Positions 38,297-51,206 of a stretch of 64,000 bases of DNA are shown in pieces. A model generated the notes under the pieces. That model saw only the letters and a list, made by a program, of their open reading frames with translations, was not told the origin of the DNA and searched no databases. Source of the DNA: Podarcis liolepis (lineage: Eukaryota); assembly GCA_965112155.1 (NCBI GenBank), contig OZ218100.1. The stretch is one strand, 5' to 3'. Each line of letters begins with the position of its first letter. Position 1 is the first letter of the stretch. The position numbers and the translations under genes are program-made.

Positions 38297-38949
38297 AACA
38301 CTTAATAGATTCAAGGTCAATCCCAGAGTCACACAGTTTTTATCTTGCAGCTGGAAACTCCCCTAGCCCAGCTCTTATGAAGTAACCAATTTCAGAAACT
38401 TCCACTAGAGGGAAACAGTTTCTATTTATAATAGTCAAGAATGTCACCTTTAAGCGCAACTCGTACAATCCAAAGTTAGTTTCAGTTTTCAGTTACTTTA
38501 TTACTCCTTTTTAGAAGCAGCCAGAAACAGTAGAAACAATATATCTCTCTTATTTTGCTAGCTGTCAAGGAACATTCTAAGTGCTGTCAATGGACATTCC
38601 AAAACGTCAGTCCTACTAGCAGCCCGTTTCCAGGGTCAGAGCGGCAGTATTTTAACTCTCTTTACTCTCTCCTGCAGGCATACTCAGTCCACAACTTCCC
38701 CCCCCCTCTTCTCCTGCCTCCAAGGGGGATTTTATACTCTTTGCCGATGGAAATTTAATCTTTTACAAAAGGCTTTCCAAGACTTCAGCTTACAGACTCC
38801 TTGCCTCAGTCTATTTACAAATAGGGAAGGTGGACTTCCTGTTTTGAAGCTCCCTGTTTCGATGCCAAATTAAACGTTTAAAATCCGATTCTCCCGTATC
38901 AGCTCTACTCATGGGTAATTACTTTAGAGTCAAATTGTCCACAGGAAAA

Positions 38950-39241
38950 AGTCAGTGCTCTCCGGCAACAGCAATGCGGCTTCGCTCCCTGGAAGAAGCA
39001 GACGATTCGAAGCACCGCGCCACTCACCCCATGTCGCTCCGGGTCCCCGAAATTGGGTTCCCCCACGAGTAGGGGAGGCGCAAAAGGTGCCCGCCGAATC
39101 CCACGTTCACAGGCTTCTCCCGCCTGTGATTTTTACGGGTCTCCGCCTTCGCCGCGGCGGTACAGACCCAAATTCCCACGGGGCAAGTTCCTCCCGATCA
39201 GAGGAACTCCGCCATTGCCGTAGGCACCAACCCGGAAGTCC
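38950..39241 (-). promoter_or_regulatory. CpG-rich L1 internal promoter region
   Basis: Most CpG-dense patch by eye; ETS motif CCGGAAGT 39232-39239 and YY1-like CCGCCATT 39209-39216 at the element 5' end. Confidence 0.55.
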
Positions 39242-40413
39242 GGGATGGGCATTTTGTTGGTTGCCAGCTAGGAGAGAAAAGACAATGGAGGGGAGAGGGG
39301 ATTAGTTGTGTGGGAATTGGTTGAGGAGATTACTAGTTTAATCACATTCATCTTAAACTTCAGTTTACCGTGAACCTCTTTTTGTCTTTTCTTGTTAAAT
39401 CTAGGTAATTGTCAGTGAAACCCAAGCTTAAAAGGTTTGAACGCTTACCCCAGTACCTGCCTTTATGCAGTGTTTTGTAGACGGAATCTCTTCCCATGCT
39501 GAATTTCGTGTATTTGAAAACACTGAGAGAAAATGTCTTCAATAAGAATGTAATCTGTTGTCGGGCACCTGATTATCTGGCAGTATTTTATGAGATTGTG
39601 TATTTGATAAAGACACACAAACAGCCAAGGAGTGGATTTTGATTGCAAAAACAGGCTACATAGAAAGGGTTATGGGCGCACGCAGTGTTGCTCTGATCAA
39701 ATTTGTGAACTCTGGAGTCTGCATTTCATGACCTCCCCAAAAAGGCTTTTCAGAAAACTCCTCTGGAGAAGCTGGAGACAGAACCTGCATGGAAAGTAGG
39801 TGCTCTACCAGTGAGCAGTGTTCCACTATGGCCACTTAGAGACAGATTTAGGGGAGCACGACCGGTTCCTCTCTACAGGACAGTGAGCTGAGGGAGTGCC
39901 TTCCCACCTCCTTCCCAAGGCCTAGTAAGTCCTTGCTTCAGGAAGGAGGTGTGAGGGCTCTAGCAGGATCCTAGAGCTCTTCCATCTTCTTCCCAAAGCC
40001 TAGTTTGCTCTTGTGCAGCTTTAGAAAGGAGACGGGGGACTCTAGGACCCTCCCAGAGCTCTTGTGCCTCCTTCCCGAAGCCCAGTATCTTGCTTACCCA
40101 GCTTTGGGAAGGCAGCTTTGGGCTGAGGGGGCAGTCAATTTTTGGCTTCGCACAAGGCGTCATATTACAAAGGACAGGTGAAGAGGGAACAACAGCACCA
40201 CTAGGAAGAAGCAATAGAGTCAGGATGCTCCACGACTGGCAGTGTGTGGTGTGGTGGTTAGCCTGTTTTTGGGTGCCATGCTCTCAGCACAGAGCCCCAA
40301 AATGCATGAGAGCGTGATCTCACGTGACCTCACACAAGAGCACAGAGCCCAAAAGCACATGTTACTTGCACGGCTAAGAAGATGCACATCCCGGTTCTCG
40401 GCCTCCGCATGTT

Positions 40414-40610
40414 GGAGAGTATGGGTTAGTGTGTTGGATGAGGACCTGGGAGACCGGGGTTCAAATACCCACTCAGCCATAAAGCTCATTGCGTGACCTT
40501 AGTCTCCTAGCCTAACAGGATTGTTGTGAGGATAAAATGGAGAAGAGGGGAGATGCATGTAAGCTACCTTGAGCTCCTCAGAGGAAAGGTGGGATATAAA
40601 TGAAATAAAC
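40414..40610 (+). mobile_element. Older tRNA/CORE SINE (Squam3/MIR-like)
   Basis: B box GGTTCAAATACC, CAGGATTGTTGTGAGGATAAAATG core; similar decayed copy at ~60905-61030. Confidence 0.65.
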
Positions 40611-41754
40611 ACAGTCAATAAAAATAAATAGTTACCTGACAATGCTGGCCCTTGGCCCTGGCCCTTAACAACCTCTGTATACTCTTCATCCTATTAGATC
40701 AATCACTATCGCAGAGCTGTTTGGCCAAGCAGCCGATCCTTTTCACAAAAGCCCTGCTATTGTAATGCACAAGTTTGAAGTCAATTACAATGCAGAATTA
40801 TTACATCTTACCAAATATGTAGCAGTGGCGGCAAATAATGAGATGAATGTACTTGCAGCTTATATATATATGCAGCATTTATAATACAAAGAGAATTGTG
40901 TTTTTAGGGGAAACCTGCCAGCTTCACAGTGTTGAACTGCCCGCTGCACCCATTTAATCCTCCAATAACTAAGCCCCCAAAGACTATCACCTCCAGCTTT
41001 CCTTCCTCCCTGCCCCCTGCTGTACCTTAATATTGAAAAATTAACCCCGGGGGAAAGCACTCGCTTCCATAGTTTTTGTTCCTTCTCTTTCCTATTATGC
41101 CAGTGTCACATTCTGCCTGACAATTTACAATAGCCCGGCTATTCTACTTTTATATTTTAAAACCTTTATGCAAATCATCTTGAGAGCACAGCAGCCCCAA
41201 GTTCGTGCATTAATGCCAAGTATTATTCACATATAAAAATTCCATTTAAATCCCATTAAGGTTGTGACATAAATCCAAACAAACTAGAAAATGCACAGTT
41301 AAGGTGGGGAAGTGGCATATGTCTTCCAGTCTCTTCCCTCAACAAGGCAGAATAAAAAAGTGATTAAAGTGTCACCCAAGTGAAGCAAAGGGACTGAAGC
41401 ACATATGCTAACTGCTCCACGTTTTGCCATTTGATTTTTAAAAGAAAATCTGTGTTGCAGCCCCTGTGGTATAAAAGCTGCCATTTGTTTTTGGGTAACT
41501 ATGGCTGTTGTGGTGTATTGTTGCAGAAATGAACTGAGCCGAAGGGAGAAACAAAACAAAAACACAGTTACATACTGGAAAAGAGACGGAAATGCTACAG
41601 ATTTTCTGTTAAAGGCTTCTTGGCGGTTATTAGCGATGGACGGACCAACCTATCTCTATTCCATGTCATTTTCAGTTGTAAGCTCCTCCCATCGCACTTT
41701 CAGCAGAATTATTTTTTCCGTACCAAAAATAATAATTTAAAAGTATGGGCATTT

Positions 41755-42066
41755 CCTCCTAATATACATCTTTATATAAGCACTTTTCCCTAAAGTATTT
41801 GTCTTGTACATATTTTCCTCCCCTAAAATGCTCATTTTGTATGCTGTCCTAAAAAAACAAACAAATGGTAATAAAATATGCATTTTTGTATGCATTTCCC
41901 CCATAATGTGTATAGTTTTGTATGTGTTTTTGCTAAGCAAACTTACATTGCAAAATTCAGATAAATGCTCAGTCTGGTTGATAACTGTGCCCTGTAGGTC
42001 CAGGGACTGCGAATTATGGAAATTCGCTTTCAAACGAGGACCGAATGAAATTCTCTTCCACCCCTT
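41755..42066. repeat. AT-rich dispersed repeat (probable non-autonomous DNA transposon)
   Basis: Shares CCCTAATAT/TATGCATTTT/CATTGCAAAATTCAGATAA blocks with 49643-50045 and 60036-60235. Confidence 0.55.
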
Positions 42067-42578
42067 AAGGATAGCAAAAGGCAGTATGCTATGTTATTGT
42101 GCTTGCAGAAATGAGCAGCATTTATCTTTTCCTGCTCCAATCTGGCATTTCTAATTTCCCCCTTTATTACAGACATATCAGAATTAATAACAATAATAAA
42201 GCAAAACACCAAGGTTTACATACTCCATCCACACGCTTCTGTTTGTTCACTTATCACTTATCCATCCTCATGAGACTTCAAAGTGCTTTACCAAATATAA
42301 GCCCTTGTCTCAGAAATCAGAACTAACACTAATGGAAAGAAAAATTCCCTAAGCCCACTTAGTAGGATTTCACGCACATGGGATAGCTGCTTTGTTGCAC
42401 ATCTGAACTGGATATTTTTTTTACCTGTGGGCTAAAAATGCAAATATATTTTCCACCTGTAAATGTCAGGACTGGATGCTAGTATTCAAGGGTAAAACAA
42501 TGTATGCAAGTAGATGTGGAAGCAGACTGGCAAAGATTAAAATGCTATTTATTCCTCCTGCATAGCATGGATATGCAG

Positions 42579-42728
42579 GCCTTAGATAGCTCAGCTGGTA
42601 GAGCATGAGACTCTTAAATCTCAGCATCATGAGTTTGAGCCCCATGATGGGCAAAAGATTCCTGCACTGTAGGGAGTTGGACTAGGTGACCCTTGGGGTC
42701 CCTTCAAGCTCTACAAGTCTGGTTCTAT
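42579..42728 (+). mobile_element. tRNA-Lys-derived SINE with CR1 tail (Squam2-like)
   Basis: TAGCTCAGCTGGTAGAGCATGAGACTCTTAA head and CR1-like tail; possible TSD ATGGATAT. Confidence 0.78.
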
Positions 42729-43150
42729 AAATGGATATTCCCCAACAGTTCTGGGTGAGACTTCTTTGCCTTATCTGAAACCCTTCCACATAACAACTCT
42801 TTCTACATCCAAAATCAACTAATTCCAAAATCAACATCAAAACTGTTTAAAGTCCAGAAGTATGTCAAAGGCAAGGCTGTAGCGAATGTGTCCTACTTTA
42901 CAGAGGACAGCTCTCTTTGAAAGGATCCTCTGTTCCAAGGGCCACTCAGTCCGAGTCTTTAAAGATAAAGAATCATAAGAAGGCACAGCAGGAGCCTTGA
43001 AGTTGCCCACCAACAGTTAGCATCTGAACAGCTGACTGAGCAGGCATTAAGGTCCCTTGGTCCACAGTTTTCTTCACTATGGCGAGATGCACTGTATCAC
43101 TACTTAACTTATAGTAATCTTTCTCAATGTGCATCTATGCATATAAATTA

Positions 43151-43505
43151 AGGTAAAGGTAAAGGGGCCCCTGACCATTAGGTCCAGTCGTGACCAACTC
43201 TGGGGTTGCGGCGCTCATCTCGCTTTATTGGCCGAGGGAGCTGGCATACAGCTTCCGGGTCATGTGGCCAGCAGGACTAAGCCACTTCTGGCAAACCAGA
43301 GCAGCACACGGAAACACCGTTTACCTTCCCGCCGGAGCAGTATCTGTTTATCTACTTGCACTTTGACGTGCTTTCGAACTGCTATGTTGGCAGGAGCTGG
43401 GGCCAAGCAATGGGAGCTCACCCCGTCGCGGGGATTCGAACCGTCAACCTTCTGATTGGCAAGTCCTAGGCTCAGTGGTTTAACCCACAGCGCCACCCGC
43501 GTCCC
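43151..43505 (-). mobile_element. Sauria SINE (Squam1), full length
   Basis: GGGACGCGGGTGGCGCTGTGGG 5' end, (ACCTTT)n tail, 13-bp TSD TGCATATAAATTA (43138-43150 / 43508-43520). Confidence 0.93.
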
Positions 43506-43726
43506 TTTGCATATAAATTAGCAGATACAAAATTTATGTGAATCTGTGTTCTCTTTTGTCCTCGCTTTTGATGATGCATGTCCTCTTTTTGGCTGCGCAA
43601 GCCAGATCGATGTGATCCATGATTTTGACTTAGATAAGACTAGAAGTTTCAAAGATACGGTGAACATTTGAGAGCAAGAGATATTTTACCTTAACCAGAA
43701 ATCTAGCTCTTTCTTTAAAATAGCAT

Positions 43727-43730
43727 GCAC

Positions 43731-43763
<33 letters not shown>
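43727..43763. repeat. (CA)n microsatellite
   Basis: Directly visible. Confidence 0.9.
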
Positions 43764-43766
<3 letters not shown>

Positions 43767-44916
43767 TTTAGATATGGTGGTAGATTAATTGATATTGTGC
43801 AGCTCTGATCCCTACACAATTGACATGTGAGTAGTAATACTGAGATCAACAAGGCTATCAAAAGTGGTTTCAAAACTATAGCCCACATGCTTGACTACCT
43901 AATAAGAGTCTGTCATTCTACGAACACTATAACAGTCACATAATAATAACACAGCACTTCAGAAGGTTATAAATTATACCCTTGCTGCCATCCTTCATGT
44001 ATTCTATACAGATCATAGAGTTATGGTTATTGGTTGCAGTACGTATTACTAGGTCCCAGGGTCACCAGCACAGAGTTAAATGATGTAAGGGAGTGAGTAA
44101 AATGATGATCTATGTTTTCCAACATATTCAGCCTTGGTACCTACTTAACTCATTCAGTATGTTGATATGCTGTGCATGCATAATCAGATCCACTGGAAAA
44201 AGGCTGACTGTTGACTGTGGCCATACCAGGAGTGGAGGTTTATTTCAATTAAAACTGTTTTTCAGCAGAAAGCATCAGAAAGACTGCTGTGATAGCAAAA
44301 ACCTTGGGGCCTGATTCAGTCAGTGAAGCAGCTAGGGCTGCACATGGATAGTCCAGTAATAATAAAAATGCTGGAAATCTTCCTAACTGTTTGGTAAGGA
44401 AGAAATAGTGAAGACTGACTCTTTCTGACCCCTTCCGCTTCTCCCACTGAACAACTGGCTGGCTTTACTTACTGGACTACATGGGCTCTGGGCAAGGGAA
44501 TCATGAACACAACCTCCTTTTTTGCATGCAATTTACAATCCAACAATGGAAACACTTATAAAAGACTCATTTCACGCACATACAGCATCGAGCACAGGTC
44601 TTCACTCCCCTCACCTTAAACTGCATCACACAAATTTCACTGTCAGTGGAGAATGAGAGAGAAAAACAGAAAGATGGGGAAAGGGGGGGGGGAAGTATGG
44701 TAGAGTTGATATTTGACAAGAGGTACCTGGCAACAGTGAGTCCCAGCACCAAAACGATTGAGCACCACTATCTCCCATTAAGTCCCAATACGGCACAATC
44801 TCTGTTACAGATTCCAGCCTTCAGGCCACTATGACCTCCAGGCCATATTTTATTCAGCATATAAAGAAAGCTTTCATAATGACCACCATATTTCTCATTC
44901 ATTTAATATCGTAGTA

Positions 44917-45158
44917 CAGTGGTACCTCGGGTTAAGTACTTAATTTGTTCCGGAGGTCCGTTCTTAACCTGAAACTGTTCTTAACCTGAAGCACCACTTT
45001 AGCTAATGGGGCCTCCCGCTGCCACTGCGCCACCTCCACACAATTTCTTTTCTCATCCTGAGGTAAAGTTCTTAACCCGAGGTAATATTTATGGGTTAGC
45101 GGAGTCTGTAACCTGAAGTATCTGTAACCTGAAGCGTATGTAACCCGAGGTACCACTG
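44917..45158. mobile_element. Tigger-like MITE family A, complete, inverted relative to 28688
   Basis: TA TSD; perfect TIR CAGTGGTACCTCGGGTTA. Confidence 0.92.
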
Positions 45159-46103
45159 TATGTGTATTCTCAGTAAATATATTTTGCACGATAGTTTGGA
45201 ATGAAATCCAGTCCTATGCTAAACTTAGCCAGATCCCATCGCAGCTGCCTCTGTATACGAGACGAGCAAAAGTAATGTTTTTATTTGCATTTAGCCAACT
45301 CAGTGTTTGTGCTTGAAGCTTGAAGCATCATTCACTGAGGTTTTATTCATGAGTCCTTTGAACTCCGTTCCATCTTCGCTCTTCGGTGCATTGTATTTCC
45401 ACAAATTTGGTAGACCTCAAAGACAATGCTAATAAATCACAAGTTGTGCTGTGGGGAACTACTGGGGCAGAATGAAGCAGCAGCCTCCTCTACAAATCCA
45501 AAATGTATCAGGGACGCCCACTCTTGAAAGAGGTAAACAAGCATAATTGCGCAAAATTGTATTGCAGAAATTTCAGGTGACATAAATCAATTATATGCCC
45601 CTGCCCTGTGTTGTTAGATCACACAGATTTATGGACCAGTTATTTATTTATTTACAGTAATTAGTTAGGATTGATTGATCCAGCTATTGGCCATGAAATG
45701 TCAGCATATTCAGTAGTGCTTGGTGTCAGCAAAAAAATAATAATAATAAAAATGTGTGTGTGTGTGTGTTACTTTTACATTCAAGATGAAATCATGTTAG
45801 ATTGTCAAAGGAGGTGTCACCTGGAGAGTGAAAAAATTGTGCTTAGGTGTGAGTTTTCATGTAAATAATTCCTGCAAAGCAATCCATCAGTTTGTGATAG
45901 AACAGGAGAGTTACCTTACATAAATATTTTGTTTTCTGTACAGCTTTTTATTTCAGAGAAGCTGTGTCATTTTGTAATATGTGTACTGCGTATGCTTGAA
46001 TAGGACAGTGTGCTTCCTGGTGCTTTTTTATATAAAACAAAAAACAAAAACCCCAAACTCCCACTTGTCTGTATCCAATTGCTGGATATAGAAATACAAG
46101 GAA

Positions 46104-46170
46104 GATGAGCGCCACAACCCCAGGGTCGTCCGCGACCGGACCTAGTGGTCAGGGGGTCCCTTTACATTTA
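46104..46170 (+). mobile_element. Sauria SINE 3' fragment
   Basis: GATGAGCGCCACAACCCCAG...GGTCAGGGGGTCCCTTTACATTTA. Confidence 0.75.
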
Positions 46171-47595
46171 AAGAGAAAAGTAACAACTATTTCACTGGGA
46201 GCGGGAGACACCCCACTCCAGACCCTCTTTAAGTTAGCATACAAAGAAAGCTTGCATAAGAGCCAGCGTATCTCTCATTTAATATAGTATTATGTGTTCG
46301 CTGACCTCTTTCCTTTGCTTTTACAGCTTATCTCTTCTCTGATCCTGTCCCTAAAGTGCCCTAGGCAGTTTAATCATTACCAATTAAGGAACATTTCCCC
46401 CCAAAATTGCACTGATTTTATTGGGTTTATGGTAATGATTTTTGTGTTTTAATGTTTGTTTTTTGGAATCCACTTTGATTTTTTGAAAGCACACACACAT
46501 ACACAAACAAACAAACAAAAACACACAAATAAAAGGCAAGAGACACATCTTAAATCACAAATGAATATCTGCCACATGAATATCTACCATATCAAGTCAA
46601 CTATGTAATTAAAATCAATCTGCATGCATAAAAAAGGACTCACGGTCAACCCCTGATATCTCCAGATAGGTAGGGTGAGACCCCTGTCTGGAATCGTGGA
46701 GACCAGTTGCCCGTTAGTTTGAACCTCGCTGAAGTTAGTGGGCCCATGGTCTTCCTCAATCTAAGGCAACTTCCTATGACTTTCCCCATGCACACCTTCC
46801 CCTTCAGACATGAAATAAAGCATCTTAATATTGTTTGCTTGTAGCATTCATTCAATAATATATTGATCTGAATGGTATTTAGGAAGGAAAGCTGGATGAA
46901 TAGAAATATTACAGTATTTACCCATCATTGGGATAGGACAGAAGATCAGGGCTGCAGCTTAAACCTTGCCTCCTGGATTCTCAAAAGCAGCCAGATACAT
47001 GAAGAGTTGAATGAAGGAGCTTCTGCAGCCAGCCTTGCTGGTTTTTATTTTAATGGGGGGTGGGGTTTGAAACAGCCCCAAATCTCTGACAGCATACTTT
47101 TAAATAACTTAAATTATTGTGCTCCCATAGTGCAGGTTATATTTTACACAAAGAAGCTCTGTAAAATGCTAAACACAATATTCAGGAAGAGAGTTGCTAC
47201 TTTCCTCTGACATACTCTGTTTCCTAATGTAGTCCTGAATCATTTTATACGGCCTAGAGCCCTCACCTTCGAAGGGTACAGGCAGCCCCCTGTTTACGTT
47301 CAGAGGCAGTGCGTGAGTTGAAACCCAGTGAAAAAGTCTGCAAACACCCCACTCCACTCCGCCCCCCGCCCCCGTTCAGGCTTACTATTATTTTATTGTA
47401 GCATATTCAGTGTAACACAAGGAGCTTAGCAGAGTAGTGCAAATTTTAAAAAGACAGATCTTATAAGATTATGGAGCACACAGTTGAATTCTATACTTGA
47501 TTACATTTTAAGTGTGGCATCAGTTGCATTTTCTCATATGTGGACTTTTTCATTCATTATCAGCTGTCTTATTTGGCTTTCAGTGACAACTGTTC

Positions 47596-47598
<3 letters not shown>

Positions 47599-47627
<29 letters not shown>
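47599..47627. repeat. (CA)n microsatellite
   Basis: Directly visible. Confidence 0.9.
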
Positions 47628-47630
<3 letters not shown>

Positions 47631-47639
47631 TTATGGGTA

Positions 47640-47880
47640 CAGTCGTACCTCGGAAGTCGAATGCTTTGCGAGTTGAATGATTTGGCTCCCAAATGCTGCA
47701 AACGTAGAAGTGAGTGTTCCAGTTTGCAAACATTCTTTGGAACCCAAAGGTCCGACATGGGTTCCAATTGGCTGCAGGAGCTTCCTACAGCCAATCAGAA
47801 TCCACGCCTTGGTTTCCGAACGTTTTGGAAGTAGAATGGACTTCCGGAATGGATTCTGTTCAACTTCCGAGGTACAACTG
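47640..47880. mobile_element. Tigger-like MITE family B
   Basis: TA TSD; TIR CAGTyGTACCTCGGAAGT. Confidence 0.88.
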
Positions 47881-49642
47881 TATATAAAATTATACTCTGC
47901 ATACTCAGGTGGAACTAGATGTTACAAAAACTTGGGCTACCAAGAAAATTCAACTGATATCACAACACACCTCTTCACCCTGTAGCATGTATCATGTATT
48001 TTATTTATTTAGTTATTGTAAAACCTTTATTATTCAGTCTTCATTACAGCAGCAAAACCAGAGCACAAAACATAGAATACTGTGATGTGACCGTCCACAG
48101 CCCACTCCATTAAATGGAAGGGATGCAAGCAAACCACACAAGGCAGCCCCTCCTTCTGCCACCAGGTGGATAAAACTCCCTTCTCTATCTGCCTCCACTA
48201 AACAGGATTTTACTTTCTGGACTGGCCCAATGTAGTCCCAATACTGAGTAGAGTAGTCTGGCTCTTAGGCATGGGGTGGACAGGAAGGCTTCAGATCCAA
48301 CTTCTTTCCAAAGTTAAGGTGTAAGTGAGCCAACAAAATTAACCATTTTTAAGAAAAATGTTTTAGAAAAAATTGAACTTCATAGTTTTGAGTAGTTACC
48401 CATAAGAGTAAACAAAGAAAGAAACAGAGATGATTGCATCCAGCTATGCCTATTCTATAATGTATCCCTAACCAGGCCAATACTTATTACTTTGCATCCC
48501 TCTGTTCATCTTCTGATCCTCTTCATGGTCCTCTCCTTTTTCCTTCATCCTGCCCCCCCCACCTATGCTTTCTGATACTTCCCAGTTTGCTAGCTCTCTT
48601 AAAGTGTTCCAGTCCTTTCTGCCCTTGTGACTTCTAACTACTATATTTTCCAAGCTTGACATATGCAATATTTTCATTCCCCTCTCAAACTTTTTGACAA
48701 CCAGTAGGAGTGGAAAGTCTTGATTATGTTTCTATTTTCCCGTAGAGTCAAGGTTCCGAAGATCCTCACGTATACAACATCACCTTGTATAAAACGTACT
48801 GAGCAAAACATCTCCATGTACATTTGACCTATGTACTAGAGTCTTTAAAAGCAGCCATTGTTCAACCAAAAACTAAACATAAAATAGCTAAAAATCCTAT
48901 CCCTTCCCAAATACAGATCAATCTACTCCAACAACCAGAAAACAAACACAACGATAAATGTACAGGTCAGGCACGAAGACTCAGCAAATCCCTGAGTGAA
49001 ATGGTGCTGAAAACTTGTAAAAGTAGGTGCCAGTCAAGTCACAGAGGAGAGGAATTTCCAACGCTGGGATGCTGCCACTAAAAAGACCCTCCCTCGGGTC
49101 TTCATAGCAATGAAACACATAATGCAATGTCATCCAACAATACAGAATGGTAAGAGGGAAGTGGGTGACATAATTGTGTCATGTCACCTATTACATTACT
49201 GCATATTATAAAAGGGTGACTGTATTTGGCAATGTCTGGTTCTGTCTGCAGTGTCATTGTTTTGTTCCAGTCAAGGTTAATAGGTTCAGCTTAGTGGATA
49301 GCCCTGTGGTGCTGCTTGTGTGCTTGGGAAATAAGCTATTTGATTACAGTGGGCACTTTTGAGATGACTCTTTGCTTGCGTCCATCATCCCTAGAAGAGT
49401 TGTCATTTGTCAAGACACTTGTCTCTCAAGGAGTCCACAAGAGAGATTAAAAATCCAATATTTCATTTGCTGTCTACTTGGTTTAAACAATAAGAAAAAT
49501 AACTTCATTGCCCAAAAACTAACTGGATATCTGGCAAGATGTGAGCCATAGTCTTAAAATGAGGATATGACAATCTTTAGATAGGGAACATTGTATGAAA
49601 AATTGTATATGTGTGGTGAGGTACTATAGGCACCTGATGGTA

Positions 49643-50045
49643 AGTTAATTTTTCCAATCTTTGATTCAGTTCTCCACATTTCTGCAGCAATTTTCAGTGT
49701 TTTATTCCAATATAAATCCTTATGAAAATTTGTCAACATTTTAGTGTGAATTTCTGCTAATAAACACTTTTTTTGTGGGGAGATTTGACTAACATATATT
49801 TCTGTAAGCAATCTCCCTTAATATAATGCATTTTGGTGTGCTATTTTCACAAATACCGGTATATTCATTTTTATGTACACTTTCCCCTAATATAAGAATT
49901 TTATTTAAAAAAGGAGAACTGCAACACAAAATTCAGATAAGTGCAAATTTCAAAGGATAACTGTGCTCCAATTCAAATTTTGCCTGAGACATGCAAATAA
50001 GGTAGTTTGTCATTAAAATAGAACCAAAATCAAATGTCTCCTCAT
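49643..50045. repeat. AT-rich dispersed repeat (same family as 41755)
   Basis: Shared blocks, boundaries approximate. Confidence 0.5.
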
Positions 50046-50874
50046 CTAAAAACATTATTTTCTAAGATCACAAATAATCCTTTTTACTTCTTTCAGCATG
50101 TTTTTGCCCCTTGTCTACAAGTTGTGGATATGATTTGTTGTCACATAAAGTTTTGGTCATCTTCAGAGTGAATATATGGATTACCCAAGAGATACATCCT
50201 TGTCATAATTCACTGAAAGATGTTTACGATTTAATCACTCTTCTAAGAGTCTGATTTGGCATTTATTTTTCCTTGATTTGCCATTTTCTCTCTGAAGTGA
50301 ATGAGTAAGCAATGCTGAGTGCTGGAACTTGGATACAATCTTCTTGTGAAGCTTGGTGCACCTGCCAATATGAGTTGCTTGCCATCTGCATATTCAGGTA
50401 TCAGAGTAGATGACTCAGCAACAGCGCTTGGAAACCTTGTCATAACTCAGCCTGATTTTTCTTCATTATATGATAGGCTAATTGCATTTCTCCCATCTGG
50501 ATGAGGAAGAAAAACTTCACCATCAAGATTTATATTTTATAGTAATCTCCTCATTACAGAGTGTAAGGGACTTGGCTGTCAGGATATAGATTTAAGGGTG
50601 ATCTAAGGGTGAAGGCCATGGCTGACTCTAAGAATCAAAATGATATCAAGTGTACCTAACGTTGTCCACTAATAGTCCTTTGCAGATCAAGGTATCAATT
50701 TTAAAGCTCAGAACTGGCTCATAACCAGAATTCTGAGTCAGGGTATGGCTTGTATATCATGGCCAGGAGTTGATGCAGAACTGGAATTCAAGAGTTAAAA
50801 GGGGGTTCCCCCCTTTTATGGTTCTATGGTTCTATAGAGTTTTATGGTTCTATAGGGAAGCTGAAGATCTATGG

Positions 50875-51206
50875 TTAAGTCCAGTCAAAGGCGACTATGG
50901 GGTGCGGCACTCATCTTGCTTTTCAGGCTGAGGGAGCCAGCATTTGTCCACAGACAGCTTTCCGGGTCATGTGGCCAGCATGACTAAACCGCTTCTGGTG
51001 CAACAGAACACCGTGATGGAAGCCAGAGCACATGGAAACACTGTTTACCTTCCTCCCACAGCGGTACCTATTTATCTATTTGCACTGGTATGCTTTCGAA
51101 CTGCTAGGTTGGCAGAAGCTGGGACAGAGCAACGGGAGCTCGCCCCAACACACAGATTTGAACTGCCAACCTTCCGAATGGCAAGCCCAAGAGGCTCAGT
51201 GGTTTA
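50875..51206 (-). mobile_element. Sauria SINE, divergent subfamily
   Basis: TTCCGGGTCATGTGGCCAGCATGACTAA and GCTTTCGAACTGCTAGGTTGGCAG shared with other copies. Confidence 0.85.

Larger units (their letters stand above)
36859..39241 (-). mobile_element. Internally deleted L1-clade element (HAL1-like): 5' UTR, partial ORF1, ORF2 tip, 3' UTR
   Basis: 15-bp TSD GGGATGGGCATTTTG (36844-36858 / 39242-39256); CpG-rich 5' end; ORF2 C-terminal remnant WQMKLMD*TELAE..EEDWEKFKDYL at ~37295-37410. Confidence 0.88.

Noticed and set aside
42579-42653. tRNA-Lys(CTT) gene (also 1921-1997)
   Set aside because: Stems and B box are degenerate and both copies run into a CR1-type tail, so they are SINE heads
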